Assembly: GCA_963664325.2 (NCBI GenBank)
Contig: CAXXDQ010000007.1
Coordinates: 288,001 to 352,000 of the forward strand
Length of the DNA: 64,000 nucleotides
Reading direction: 5' to 3'
Origin: Desulfomonilia bacterium
GTDB taxonomy: Bacteria > Desulfobacterota > Desulfomonilia > UBA1062
In this document: positions 10,591-19,684 of the stretch, piece by piece
How the letters are laid out: every line of letters begins with the position of its first letter
How positions within the stretch are numbered: the first letter of the stretch is position 1
The notes under the pieces: model-generated
What the model saw: only the letters and a program-made list of their open reading frames with translations
The model's database searches: none
What the model was told of the DNA's origin: nothing
Position numbers and translations under genes: made by a program

Positions 10591-11292
10591 TCAGCGGTAC
10601 ACGGCCATATCCGTGACATAGGAAACCGCATGGCCCTTTGTGTTGTCCGAGTCGTTCATGATACCTACTGTCGCCTTTTCAGGCGGATTCGCACCGAATG
10701 CACGGCGATAGTCAGAGATTATATTCACGGCTTCAGGCACCCATCTTCCAGCTTTTTTATCTCCTTTTTCCAGGATTATCATTCTGCTGCGTGAAGTATA
10801 TACGCTTGTAAGGATGTCAGGCACCACGGGTTCGCTTGCCCATACATAATTCAGGGAACTGTGCGGCGGATATTCACCGTAAAGAATCCTGATTGAATTG
10901 TACAGGGAGCGCTCGATAATATCAGATTTTTCCGGGTTATAAGCGAATGCAACATAGACCCTTACAGGCGCATCATCGCCTGCCTTCGACCTGAGGTCCG
11001 CACCGGGCAGGATGTTGTCGATCTTCCATTTCCACTTCATCAGAGGATAATCATAAGGGTTAAACGCTTCCTTATATATAACTACCGAGGCTGAAGCCTG
11101 GCTTTCAGCCCTTAAAAAACTCTCCTTTCCGTCATTTGCGGCCGTATAGGTTGTATGCGCAGGTATTTTGGGAAAATAGACTTCCTTCCAGTTTGAAAGG
11201 TTTTTGAAATTCTCCAGGAACAGCGTATTTCCGGCAGCCGAAATGAGCAGCATTAAAACTGACGACAAAATAATGGCTGTAAAATTTCTCAT
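10591..11292 (-). CDS. DUF3047 family secreted protein
   Basis: Signal peptide, WKWKI, GDDAPVRVYV, LNYVWAS, IMNDSDNT. Confidence 0.8.
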   Translation of the reverse strand: MRNFTAIILSSVLMLLISAAGNTLFLENFKNLSNWKEVYFPKIPAHTTYTAANDGKESFLRAESQASASVVIYKEAFNPYDYPLMKWKWKIDNILPGADLRSKAGDDAPVRVYVAFAYNPEKSDIIERSLYNSIRILYGEYPPHSSLNYVWASEPVVPDILTSVYTSRSRMIILEKGDKKAGRWVPEAVNIISDYRRAFGANPPEKATVGIMNDSDNTKGHAVSYVTDMAVYR

Positions 11293-12698
11293 AATAACAT
11301 CCGCATGACATTCCTACATTTATTAATCAAGGCTTCCAATATAATGGCGAACCACCCGGCTAAACCTGCATCAGTCCTGTATAAACCGGCTATCCGCTCA
11401 GGTTCGGCCCCTGATTTGAAACTGATGAAGACGAGCTGGTTTATAAGAAATGCATTCATCACACCAAGCCTTGAAAAACGCCTTGCTGAACTTACCGCTT
11501 TTCCGGGAAGAACAATAATCCTTCCTTTTTTTCTCAATCTTCGCACCAGGTCGACATCTTCCATTACGGGCATTTCGGTAAAGCCACCGGCAGCTTTAAA
11601 ATCCGAACTCTTCATGAAGATACCCTGGTCGCCGTACGGAAGCTCAAATATGCGCGAACGCAGATTCGCCCCAAGTTCAATCAGCTTCAGTGAAAATCTG
11701 TCCGAGCCGAAACTGAGACTGAATGACCCGGCAATATTTCTTGCATCGGCCAGAGATTTGCGGATATCCCTTTCAAAGCCGGGATAAAGCCGGGTGTCTG
11801 CATGCAGGAAAAGCAGTATGTCTCCTTCAGCACAGGCTGCCCCCTTATTCATCTGAAGGGCGCGCCCTTTTTCTGTTCGGATCAAACGGGCCCCTGAATT
11901 CTGCGCAATTGTGGCTGTTCTATCCCTGCTGCCTCCGTCTGCAACAATAACCTCGATATCTTCAGCTGATTTCAGGCTCTTCAGCGTATCTGAAATACTC
12001 TCTTCCTCATCGAAGGCGGGAATAACAACTGATATTTTTGTCTGAATTTTAACGCTTAAATCTTCCCAGAGCCTGACGTCTTCAGGTCTGTCAATATCAT
12101 GTAGCCTGTCAAGAAGTATTGCAGACAGGCCTATTGAGCGGGTTTTTGACATTGTCTGTTCAAGGACGAACTTACTGCTCCAGTCAATAGCTTCAAAGAG
12201 ACCGGCAAAGGGCTTTTTGAGTCCGATCAGATAATAGCCGCCGTCAAATGCCGGGCCGAGCACACAATCATTATTGCCGAGCATATCAAAGGCCTTCCTT
12301 ATTATTGAAGGTGTGATAAAGGGGCAGTCCGAACCTATTATGACGACATTTTCAAATCCGCGTTCAAACGACTTTCTGAAAGCTTGGAGCATTCGTTCCC
12401 CAATGTCCCCCTCGCTTTGTCTATGCATTGCAAAATCGGAACCGAACATTTTTTTCATGGCCGCTTCATCGCTTCCTTCAAAATGTATTTCAATAACCGC
12501 CTCATCGTTGAGCTGACAAACGTTTCTTATTATATGAATGCACATATCCCTTTGCAGTCTTGCTGCCCCGGAGGGTCCCAGCAGGGGAATTAGTCGGGTT
12601 TTAACCTCGCCCGGAACAGGGTATCGGGAGAATATTATGAGCAGATTGCCTGCATCTTTCCGGTCGGAATTAAAGGCTGAACACAGTTGCTCTTTCAT
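11289..12698 (-). CDS. Fused TIGR04282-type (DUF2064) and TIGR04283-type GT2 transferases (arsenosugar-biosynthesis associated)
   Basis: N-half: RYPVPGEVKTRL, IGSDCP, LGPAFDGGYYLIG, DIDRPED. C-half: ISVVIP, DGGSRD, GRALQMNKGA, FLHADT, PYGDQG, MEDV, SARR. Confidence 0.85.
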   Translation of the reverse strand: MKEQLCSAFNSDRKDAGNLLIIFSRYPVPGEVKTRLIPLLGPSGAARLQRDMCIHIIRNVCQLNDEAVIEIHFEGSDEAAMKKMFGSDFAMHRQSEGDIGERMLQAFRKSFERGFENVVIIGSDCPFITPSIIRKAFDMLGNNDCVLGPAFDGGYYLIGLKKPFAGLFEAIDWSSKFVLEQTMSKTRSIGLSAILLDRLHDIDRPEDVRLWEDLSVKIQTKISVVIPAFDEEESISDTLKSLKSAEDIEVIVADGGSRDRTATIAQNSGARLIRTEKGRALQMNKGAACAEGDILLFLHADTRLYPGFERDIRKSLADARNIAGSFSLSFGSDRFSLKLIELGANLRSRIFELPYGDQGIFMKSSDFKAAGGFTEMPVMEDVDLVRRLRKKGRIIVLPGKAVSSARRFSRLGVMNAFLINQLVFISFKSGAEPERIAGLYRTDAGLAGWFAIILEALINKCRNVMRMLL

Positions 12699-12704
12699 GA
12701 GGCC

Positions 12705-13505
12705 TCACAGATGTTTGTCTGAGCCTTCGTTTGTCTCACTCCCGCCCTGTTGATTCAAGCGCCTCTTTGCAAGACGAACAAGGAAAAATAGAGCAAGTGC
12801 TGCAATAGCGAAAACCGAAACCAGTGACCATGTAATTTTGCCGTCTGATATACCTTTTAGAACTACGTCAAAGCCTACTACATAGAGTATGGTTCCAGGG
12901 AGCATAAAGAGCCATGAGAAGAAGACATAAGTAAAGAAGCGCACTTTTGTCAGTCCGAAACCGTAGTTTAACAGATTGAACGGTAAAATGGGGATGAGCC
13001 TGGCCAGTATTACAATAATTGCACCATGCTCTTCACTCAATGAATCCAGTTTTATAAAACGCGGGTTTTTTTTCAGCCATACAGTTACAGCATCCCGTGC
13101 CATGTACCTGGATACGAGAAATGCCAGTGCCGCACCGATCGTCGATCCGATACTGACGAAGACAACTCCATAAAAAGAGCCAAAGAGCGCTGCTGCAATT
13201 ACACTAAGAGCCGTTCCGGGAATTACTGCGACAGTGGCCAGGACATATAAAACTATATATGCAAGCGGCGCAAGGCTGCCGAGAGATGCGATCCAGACGC
13301 GCAACAGCCCTAGTTTTTCTCCAAGCCCGAAGATCCGAGCAAGAATAAAAATCATCGCTATTATCACGACGAAACCGAAAGGTTTCAGCCAATGAGTGAT
13401 TTTTCCTGTGAATGGTTTGCCGGTATCTGATTCTGGCACTGACGTCTCCTTACATGATTTTGAAACAGTGTCTGACATCTTCAATCTTGTTTCTGCATAC
13501 ACCAA
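12705..13505 (-). CDS. TVP38/TMEM64 (DedA superfamily) membrane protein
   Basis: RLIPILPFNLLNYGFGLT, LPGT; start may be ATG 13478. Confidence 0.85.
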   Translation of the reverse strand: MVYAETRLKMSDTVSKSCKETSVPESDTGKPFTGKITHWLKPFGFVVIIAMIFILARIFGLGEKLGLLRVWIASLGSLAPLAYIVLYVLATVAVIPGTALSVIAAALFGSFYGVVFVSIGSTIGAALAFLVSRYMARDAVTVWLKKNPRFIKLDSLSEEHGAIIVILARLIPILPFNLLNYGFGLTKVRFFTYVFFSWLFMLPGTILYVVGFDVVLKGISDGKITWSLVSVFAIAALALFFLVRLAKRRLNQQGGSETNEGSDKHL

Positions 13506-13629
13506 ATTCCAGAGGTATTCCTTTTGTCATCACCAGGATTTGTCAAGTTCTTTTCCGTTTCTGCATTCATTCAATCACAGGGACAAATAAAAACATTCTT
13601 TCTCTCAAGTGGAACGGATTAAATAAAAC

Positions 13630-14979
13630 CTAGAGGTTATCCGGGTTGCATGCAGGAATCAGCAGCCCCGCATCAAAGGCCTGTCTTTCAAGTTCTTCCC
13701 GGAAGTCAGGATGTGCAATGGAAATCATGGCCTTTACCCTGTCGGGCACGGATCTCATGTAGAGGTCAGCCACTCCATATTCGGTTACGACATACATCAC
13801 GTCGGATCTTGGCGTAGTGACCACGGTGCCGGGTGTAAGGTTGAGTACGATTCTTGAGGTGAGTGTTCCGTCTTTCCTCATGGAGGTCGATTTAAGCGCT
13901 ATAAAAGATTTTCCTCCCCTGGATGCGGCAGCGCCCCTTACGAAGTCGAGCTGGCCGCCTGTAGCGCTGTACGGAGTGTGGCCAATGGTTTCCGATGCCA
14001 CCTGGCCGGTGAGGTCCACGGTAAGTCCGGCGTTTATGGAGCACAGGTTGTCGTTCTGTTTAATAATGTCGAGATGGTTAGCCATGGTAATCGGCATGCT
14101 CAGTATTGTCGGGTTGTTGTCCACGAAATCGAGAAGCCTTTCCGTCCCGATGATAAGACCTCCCACGACGATCTTTCCCGGGTACAGGGTCTTTTCCCTC
14201 CCTGTAATAACACCCAGGTCGGCCAGCTCTGCCACTGCATCGCTCAGTATTTCGGCGTGTACGCCCAGGTTTTTCTTGCCATGCAGGAAATAGGCGACGG
14301 CATTGGGGATACCCCCGATACCCAGCTGTATTGTGGCGCCGTCCGGGATATGCCCGGCAATGTTCTCGCCTATCTTTTTCTCCACGTCAGTGATGGTAAT
14401 TTCGGGCACCGGAACAAGATCATGATCGGCCTCGACAATGAAATCAACCTCGTCCACATGAACCAGATTTTCTATCCCGTGAATCCAGGGTGTCCTTGAG
14501 TTGACCTGCACAATGACCTTTTTGCACTTGTTGATAGCGTATCTTCCATACACAACGCCGCACGGTCCCAGGTTCATGTATCCGCGTTCGTCTGGCGGTG
14601 TCACCTCAAGCAGGGCAACGTCTGACACATTGGCGCGGTCCAGTGCGACGGTGCTTTTCGAAAGATGCATGGGGAAAGGAACTACATTCCCCTGAGGGTG
14701 GAACATCCTTTCCAGAGGCCCGAAATAGCCGCTGTAATAGGTAATGTGCCCGACATAATCACCATTAAGGAATGCAAAGGGATAGATCATGAGATTGCTT
14801 GCAATCTTGACTTTTTGAAGCTCTCCCTTGCGGGCCGCAAGCGCGTTCAGGATGTCTATGGGCATGCTGTTGACAGGGGCAAGTAAAATCCAGTCCCCCG
14901 ATTTTATTGCCGCAGCAGCCTCCTGCGCCGGAACCAGCTTTTTCTGATAATCCGCCTTCCAGTCAGTTATGCTGCTCAT
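13630..14979 (-). CDS. Acetyl-CoA hydrolase/4-hydroxybutyrate CoA-transferase family
   Basis: GATIQLGIGGIPNAV, LGVHAE, VDLTGQV, GGQLDFVRGA, VVTEYGVA, IAHPDFR. Confidence 0.88.
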   Translation of the reverse strand: MSSITDWKADYQKKLVPAQEAAAAIKSGDWILLAPVNSMPIDILNALAARKGELQKVKIASNLMIYPFAFLNGDYVGHITYYSGYFGPLERMFHPQGNVVPFPMHLSKSTVALDRANVSDVALLEVTPPDERGYMNLGPCGVVYGRYAINKCKKVIVQVNSRTPWIHGIENLVHVDEVDFIVEADHDLVPVPEITITDVEKKIGENIAGHIPDGATIQLGIGGIPNAVAYFLHGKKNLGVHAEILSDAVAELADLGVITGREKTLYPGKIVVGGLIIGTERLLDFVDNNPTILSMPITMANHLDIIKQNDNLCSINAGLTVDLTGQVASETIGHTPYSATGGQLDFVRGAAASRGGKSFIALKSTSMRKDGTLTSRIVLNLTPGTVVTTPRSDVMYVVTEYGVADLYMRSVPDRVKAMISIAHPDFREELERQAFDAGLLIPACNPDNL

Positions 14980-15105
14980 GCTTGATTCTCCTTCGGCATT
15001 TTTATCTTCTCAGGCGGGGCGATGATGATGAGTGTTAATCATGGATTAAGTTTTTCTGTCAAGAAAATACAGGTCGACTGCGATTGGAATAGGAAGGAAA
15101 TAATT

Positions 15106-16161
15106 TTAACCAGATTGCTGTGCAAACCATTCTTCAGGTCTTAACGCCTTGTCAACGAGCTTGCCGAACCTGTTAATACAGGTATCCCTGATGTAGGCGT
15201 CCACATCTTCGTACATTTCGGGCAGCCTTACAATACGGGTTTCAAGTCCTGTTCTGCCGATAAGATGAATGGCGCGCTTTGTCTTTTCTCTGCCGGACAG
15301 TGCCAGTATTATTTTTTTTGCCCCGAACCCTGCAGAGGTCTTCAGCAGTCCAGCTGTAAGCCCGTCTTTTCCAACTCCGATAACACCCCTGATACCGATG
15401 CAATCAGAGAGCATTGCGTCGAAAAAGCCTTCAACAACAACGAGCTGTTCACAATCTGTCGACTTGTACATCAGGAGGGGCGTGTCTTTAAGATATTTCA
15501 TCGATGTCAGAGGTACATATCCCTCAGGTTCGCTGTCGAATGCCTTTCCATATATTCCCATCAGTCTGCCGCATGCATCCCTGTAAGGTATTGCCAGCAT
15601 CTGGCGGTTATTGTCTGCTGCGAAAACATCATCTGCAGCATTTTCTCCTGGATAATTTTTATCAAGAACCTCCAGGGTTTCATTGTACCCCGGAAACAGC
15701 CCCAACCCCATATGCTCGATTTCCTCACCCATATATCCGCGGTTGTTGAGGTACATGAGTGCTGCCTTGCCTTCATCCGAGAACAGCATTGTCGTGAACA
15801 CAGTCATTGCTGTCTCAAGCAAGCCCGAACGCATGGTTTCGATTTTCCATTGGTTCTCTGAAACAATCCCTCTCACATTTGCGACCCTGGCAAGAGATTT
15901 CAGGGCCTCGCTGGAACTCATGGCTTTATACCTCATCAGATAATCCACCCAGTCGCCATGAGCTCCGCATGCAAAACAAAAATACCTCGGACTTTCAGAT
16001 TTGACGATCAGCGTCGGCATTGCATCATTATGGAAAGGACAGAAGGCGATATACCCTTCAGATTTTCTTTCAAAACCCTTCAGAGCTCCGAATATTTTCT
16101 CCTGGTAATTTATATGCAGCAGTCTGCTGTATAACCTTTCAATATTGGATTGGCCTATCAT
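15106..16161 (-). CDS. DnaG-like CHC2 zinc finger + TOPRIM protein
   Basis: CPFH..CFAC zinc ribbon, YLNNRG, VVVEGFFD; no DnaB-binding tail. Confidence 0.75.
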   Translation of the reverse strand: MIGQSNIERLYSRLLHINYQEKIFGALKGFERKSEGYIAFCPFHNDAMPTLIVKSESPRYFCFACGAHGDWVDYLMRYKAMSSSEALKSLARVANVRGIVSENQWKIETMRSGLLETAMTVFTTMLFSDEGKAALMYLNNRGYMGEEIEHMGLGLFPGYNETLEVLDKNYPGENAADDVFAADNNRQMLAIPYRDACGRLMGIYGKAFDSEPEGYVPLTSMKYLKDTPLLMYKSTDCEQLVVVEGFFDAMLSDCIGIRGVIGVGKDGLTAGLLKTSAGFGAKKIILALSGREKTKRAIHLIGRTGLETRIVRLPEMYEDVDAYIRDTCINRFGKLVDKALRPEEWFAQQSG

Positions 16162-17196
16162 TTATCCGCCTATTAATGGACCCCTGACTGGCCATACATA
16201 TGATGTAGCTGCTTTGGATTGAATTTCTATTGAACCATCCATGAAGTCGACTGTCCATGCATACGACGAACTTGCTGCAAATGCAGTCGATGTCCAGTAT
16301 TTGACACTTGCGTACCCGATAAAAAAACCGACTGCCGAAGAAGTTATTGCAGGATCATACACAGATGCATCAAGTAAAGTCTCAAGCTCGGTAACGGTCG
16401 GCAAACGCCATTCTCCATCGGTCAGGTTCTTGCAGTATAAGTCCGCATCCCCCCATGTCTTGGCGATATCAAGGGGCTCTTCAAGCCATACGAGTTTTGT
16501 CAGATTATCTTCGATCATGCCGGTGGTATAGTCGGTGAACCTTACTGAAGGCCATGCTTTTCCAAATCTGAGGTATCCGTCCTGCTGCCTGCAGTTGCTG
16601 CCAGATGTGCACGCTGAAGGATCATTTTCCAGCGGATTATAGACATTCAACTGGCCGGTTACCGTAACCGTGTTGCCGGCAGCGCTTGGAATCCTCACAA
16701 GCAGCATGCTTGCGGCAACACTGGATTTTGAAATTGATTTTTTTGTGCCGTCGTACAAGTCTATGCACCAGGCGTTCTCAATCGCGCTCTCGTCGGTCGT
16801 TGACGTCCAATAGTAACTGCCTTCTGTTATCAATATATTCAAGAAAGGATATTTGCTGGCCAGCGCAGGACCATATTTTGTATAATCCATAAGGCTCATC
16901 ATTTCCCTTACATTCGGAAGATGCCAGGCCAGAGTTGGATCCTTCTGGTAATTCGTATAACTGAGATCCAATGCAACTCCCCAGCTCTTCAACCCGTAAA
17001 GACCGGTTATGTCCTGAGGGTCTTTCAACCATATCAGGGTGGTGTAATTATCCGTAACAGTCCCATCCCCGTTATCTGTAAACCTCGGGGGTTGGGGAAC
17101 CGGACCCGGTCCGCCGCTACTGCCACCGCCTCCACTCCCGCATGAGGCAATGAGAATAAACAGTAAGGGCAGCATCAGCCTTCTGAATCTGTTCAT
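16162..17196 (-). CDS. Lipoprotein with two DUF1566 (Lcl C-terminal) domains
   Basis: Lipobox IASC; RFTDNGDGTVTDNYTTLIW, WHLPNVREM, YYWTST, repeated in the second half (WRLPTVTEL, YWTST). Confidence 0.85.
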   Translation of the reverse strand: MNRFRRLMLPLLFILIASCGSGGGGSSGGPGPVPQPPRFTDNGDGTVTDNYTTLIWLKDPQDITGLYGLKSWGVALDLSYTNYQKDPTLAWHLPNVREMMSLMDYTKYGPALASKYPFLNILITEGSYYWTSTTDESAIENAWCIDLYDGTKKSISKSSVAASMLLVRIPSAAGNTVTVTGQLNVYNPLENDPSACTSGSNCRQQDGYLRFGKAWPSVRFTDYTTGMIEDNLTKLVWLEEPLDIAKTWGDADLYCKNLTDGEWRLPTVTELETLLDASVYDPAITSSAVGFFIGYASVKYWTSTAFAASSSYAWTVDFMDGSIEIQSKAATSYVWPVRGPLIGG

Positions 17197-17392
17197 ATGT
17201 GCACCCCCGCTAATATATTACAGGATATCCTTTTGCCGGACCTGTAATGTCCTGATCGGTTTTCATAAGTGATTTGTTTACTGAAATATAGGTTAACTGT
17301 TTGCTAGAGATCGGATTTAATTTATCAAGAAATTTCAGGTTCTTTTCCCTGGTGAAGCGACTATTGGCACACCAGTTACAGACTCATTGTTT

Positions 17393-18598
17393 TCAGGCGT
17401 TTATGGCCGAAGAAACAAAACAGCTTCCTGAACCGCCGGAAGAACCTGAATCTCCATTGCCGTTGAAAGAATCAGTCCCAGTAACTGTCTGCTGCTGAGG
17501 CGTCTCGGATATCCTGAACCTGCCGAGAGTCTTTGTTGTAAAAACAGCCTTGCCGTTATCCGTTTTTGCTCCATCCTTGATATCGACCCACTTTTCTGTT
17601 GTAAAATCAAACATCTCAACAAAAGGGTTTTCACCGGAATATGGAACGGCAATCCTTGCCGGCTGCTTAAGTATTCTTCCATAAGGAAGTATGTCAAAGA
17701 CATATGCGGAGGTTCCGGTAATGCTCTGTCTTCCTGTCTGCGCCAAACTCAGTCCGATACCGACTTCAAGTTCCTCTGATGATGACCCGTCGGGAATATT
17801 CAGCTCTATTCCGGTTGTATTGTCGACGACTGACAGTGGTTCTCCGGAAGAAGTTCCGGCAACCAGGAGGATATTGCCGGTAACTGATATATTAAGTTTG
17901 TACTTAACCGACCCTGCCGCATCAATGAGGTTGTAGAAATAAAGACCTTCATTCTGAAAATTAAGGATAAGCCCAACCGGCACCGGGAATTCAGAGGATA
18001 TGGGGGTTACCTTCAGGGAATTATCAGGTAGAATCCCGTCAAGAGAATCAGAGGCACCCTGCTCCGTTATCATATAAATCATATACCCGTCATTATCAGG
18101 AAAGCTGAGGAAGTCGTTCATGTCGGTATGTGATTGATATTCTGTAAAATTGCTGAACCCGTCAAGATCATTGTCATACACTGCATCGAATGGATTTAAA
18201 GGATCAAGACCCATTGAAACTTCAACCATATCGGGTATGCCGTCTGAATCCGAATCCATTATGATCTGGGATTTGGGTATCAGGATATTGACCTCATCCG
18301 AAAAAACGCTCTCATTCCCTGAGGCATCATATGCCGTAACTGCAAAATAATACGTTACGCCTTCCTGAAGGCTATTTATACCAGCCTGTGTGACAGGTCC
18401 TTCGTCATCCACATGGATATATCTTCCCGATGCCGTTCCGTAATAGACCCTGTACCCAGCTACTTCATCTCCTGAAGGGTTTGCCTGCCATGAAACTTCA
18501 ACGGTGGCTGCATATGCTTTTCCGCCGACAATCAAGCCAAAAAAAACGTACACCATTACCCAGAATAAACCAATCCTCAATAAATTCATGATATACAT
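17393..18598 (-). CDS. Secreted fibronectin type III protein with Ca-binding repeats and a CFI-box-like C-terminus
   Basis: GYRVYYG..YYFAVTAYD..GNES (FN3), DSDSDGIPD/DNDLDG repeats, GS-rich linker + CFVSSAINA; start uncertain. Confidence 0.75.
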   Translation of the reverse strand: MYIMNLLRIGLFWVMVYVFFGLIVGGKAYAATVEVSWQANPSGDEVAGYRVYYGTASGRYIHVDDEGPVTQAGINSLQEGVTYYFAVTAYDASGNESVFSDEVNILIPKSQIIMDSDSDGIPDMVEVSMGLDPLNPFDAVYDNDLDGFSNFTEYQSHTDMNDFLSFPDNDGYMIYMITEQGASDSLDGILPDNSLKVTPISSEFPVPVGLILNFQNEGLYFYNLIDAAGSVKYKLNISVTGNILLVAGTSSGEPLSVVDNTTGIELNIPDGSSSEELEVGIGLSLAQTGRQSITGTSAYVFDILPYGRILKQPARIAVPYSGENPFVEMFDFTTEKWVDIKDGAKTDNGKAVFTTKTLGRFRISETPQQQTVTGTDSFNGNGDSGSSGGSGSCFVSSAINA

Positions 18599-18600
18599 GT

Positions 18601-18616
18601 TACAAATGTTGTGCCA
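18601..18616 (-). promoter_or_regulatory. Sigma-54 -24/-12 promoter candidate
   Basis: TGGCAC-AACAT-TTGTA versus consensus TGGCAC-N5-TTGCW, immediately upstream of the FN3 gene. Confidence 0.55.
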
Positions 18617-18717
18617 TTATAAATAATCTTTATTTTCAATATATTAACGAGTTTGTCTGGCTTGCAGGCGTACATTTACGAACGGTGCTGTTACAAATGC
18701 GTACGTCATCTGAAATG

Positions 18718-18752
18718 AAAGCCCCCGCACAAAAATCGTGCAGGGGCTTTTT
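18718..18752. terminator. Intrinsic terminator after secF
   Basis: AAAGCCCCCGCAC..GTGCAGGGGCTTTTT. Confidence 0.7.
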
Positions 18753-18760
18753 GAAGACTA

Positions 18761-19672
18761 TCAGGAACTTTTATTTCCTTTGCTCATGAACAGAACAACC
18801 GGGCTTGCAATGAATATAGAGGAGTAGCATCCGACGATTACACCTATCAGCATAACAAAGGCAAAATTATGAATTACTGCTCCGCCTTTTAGGAATAAAA
18901 CAAGAACGACCAGAAATACGGTGAAGGCGGTCAGCAATGTCCTGCTGAGTGTCTGGCTTATGCTAAGACTCATGATGTGGCCCAGGTCATAGTTTGGAGA
19001 TTGCTGTTTCCTTATATTTTCCCGGATTCTGTCAAAAACAACGACAGTATCATTCAGTGAATATCCTATCAATGTAAGTACAGACGACACGACTATGAGG
19101 TCGACCTCCTTTCTAAACAAAGACAGTATCCCGACAACAACAATGACATCATGCAAAGTAGCTACGATGGCACCAATTGAAAACCTGAATTCAAAACGCC
19201 ACCATACATAAATAAGTATACCAAGGCATGCATATATCATTGACAGGAGGCCTTTTGTTTTTATGTCCTTGCTCACAGTGCCACCTACCATGTCAACACT
19301 GTTGATTTTGACATTCCCCTTTCCGAATGAGGCCGCAAGGGCATTCTGGATATTCTGGGAAAGACCCTTCTCAATCTCCTCGTTTTTCGCAGTCCGTATA
19401 AGGAACTCGTTGTTCACGGACGGGCCTACTCCCTGAATCCTCTCATTCTGAAGACCCATCGGCGTCAGCGATTTCCTTATGTCGTCCGCACTGACATTTG
19501 TGAGAAATTTGACCTGAATCACAGTGCCGCCTGCAAAGTCGATTCCATAATTGAATCCGTGTATGGCTACACTTGCTATACCAGCAAGAGAGATGATTAT
19601 GGAAAAGGTGATCGCATACCACCTGTATTTCATGAAATCGATAAATGTTCCCGGTTTTACAAATTCTAGCAT
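18761..19672 (-). CDS. secF: Protein translocase subunit SecF
   Basis: GIDFAGG, HDV, GYSLNDTVVVFDRIREN, TLSRT. Confidence 0.95.
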   Translation of the reverse strand: MLEFVKPGTFIDFMKYRWYAITFSIIISLAGIASVAIHGFNYGIDFAGGTVIQVKFLTNVSADDIRKSLTPMGLQNERIQGVGPSVNNEFLIRTAKNEEIEKGLSQNIQNALAASFGKGNVKINSVDMVGGTVSKDIKTKGLLSMIYACLGILIYVWWRFEFRFSIGAIVATLHDVIVVVGILSLFRKEVDLIVVSSVLTLIGYSLNDTVVVFDRIRENIRKQQSPNYDLGHIMSLSISQTLSRTLLTAFTVFLVVLVLFLKGGAVIHNFAFVMLIGVIVGCYSSIFIASPVVLFMSKGNKSS

Positions 19673-19684
19673 GACTGGCCTCCC

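Noticed and set aside
15106-16161. Primase as evidence of a prophage or integrative element
   Set aside because: No helicase, integrase or att repeats, and composition looks like the host.
17365-17380. TGGCAC-N5-TTACA sigma-54-like motif on the plus strand
   Set aside because: The -12 element mismatches, and it points antisense into the FN3 gene end with no credible downstream gene.
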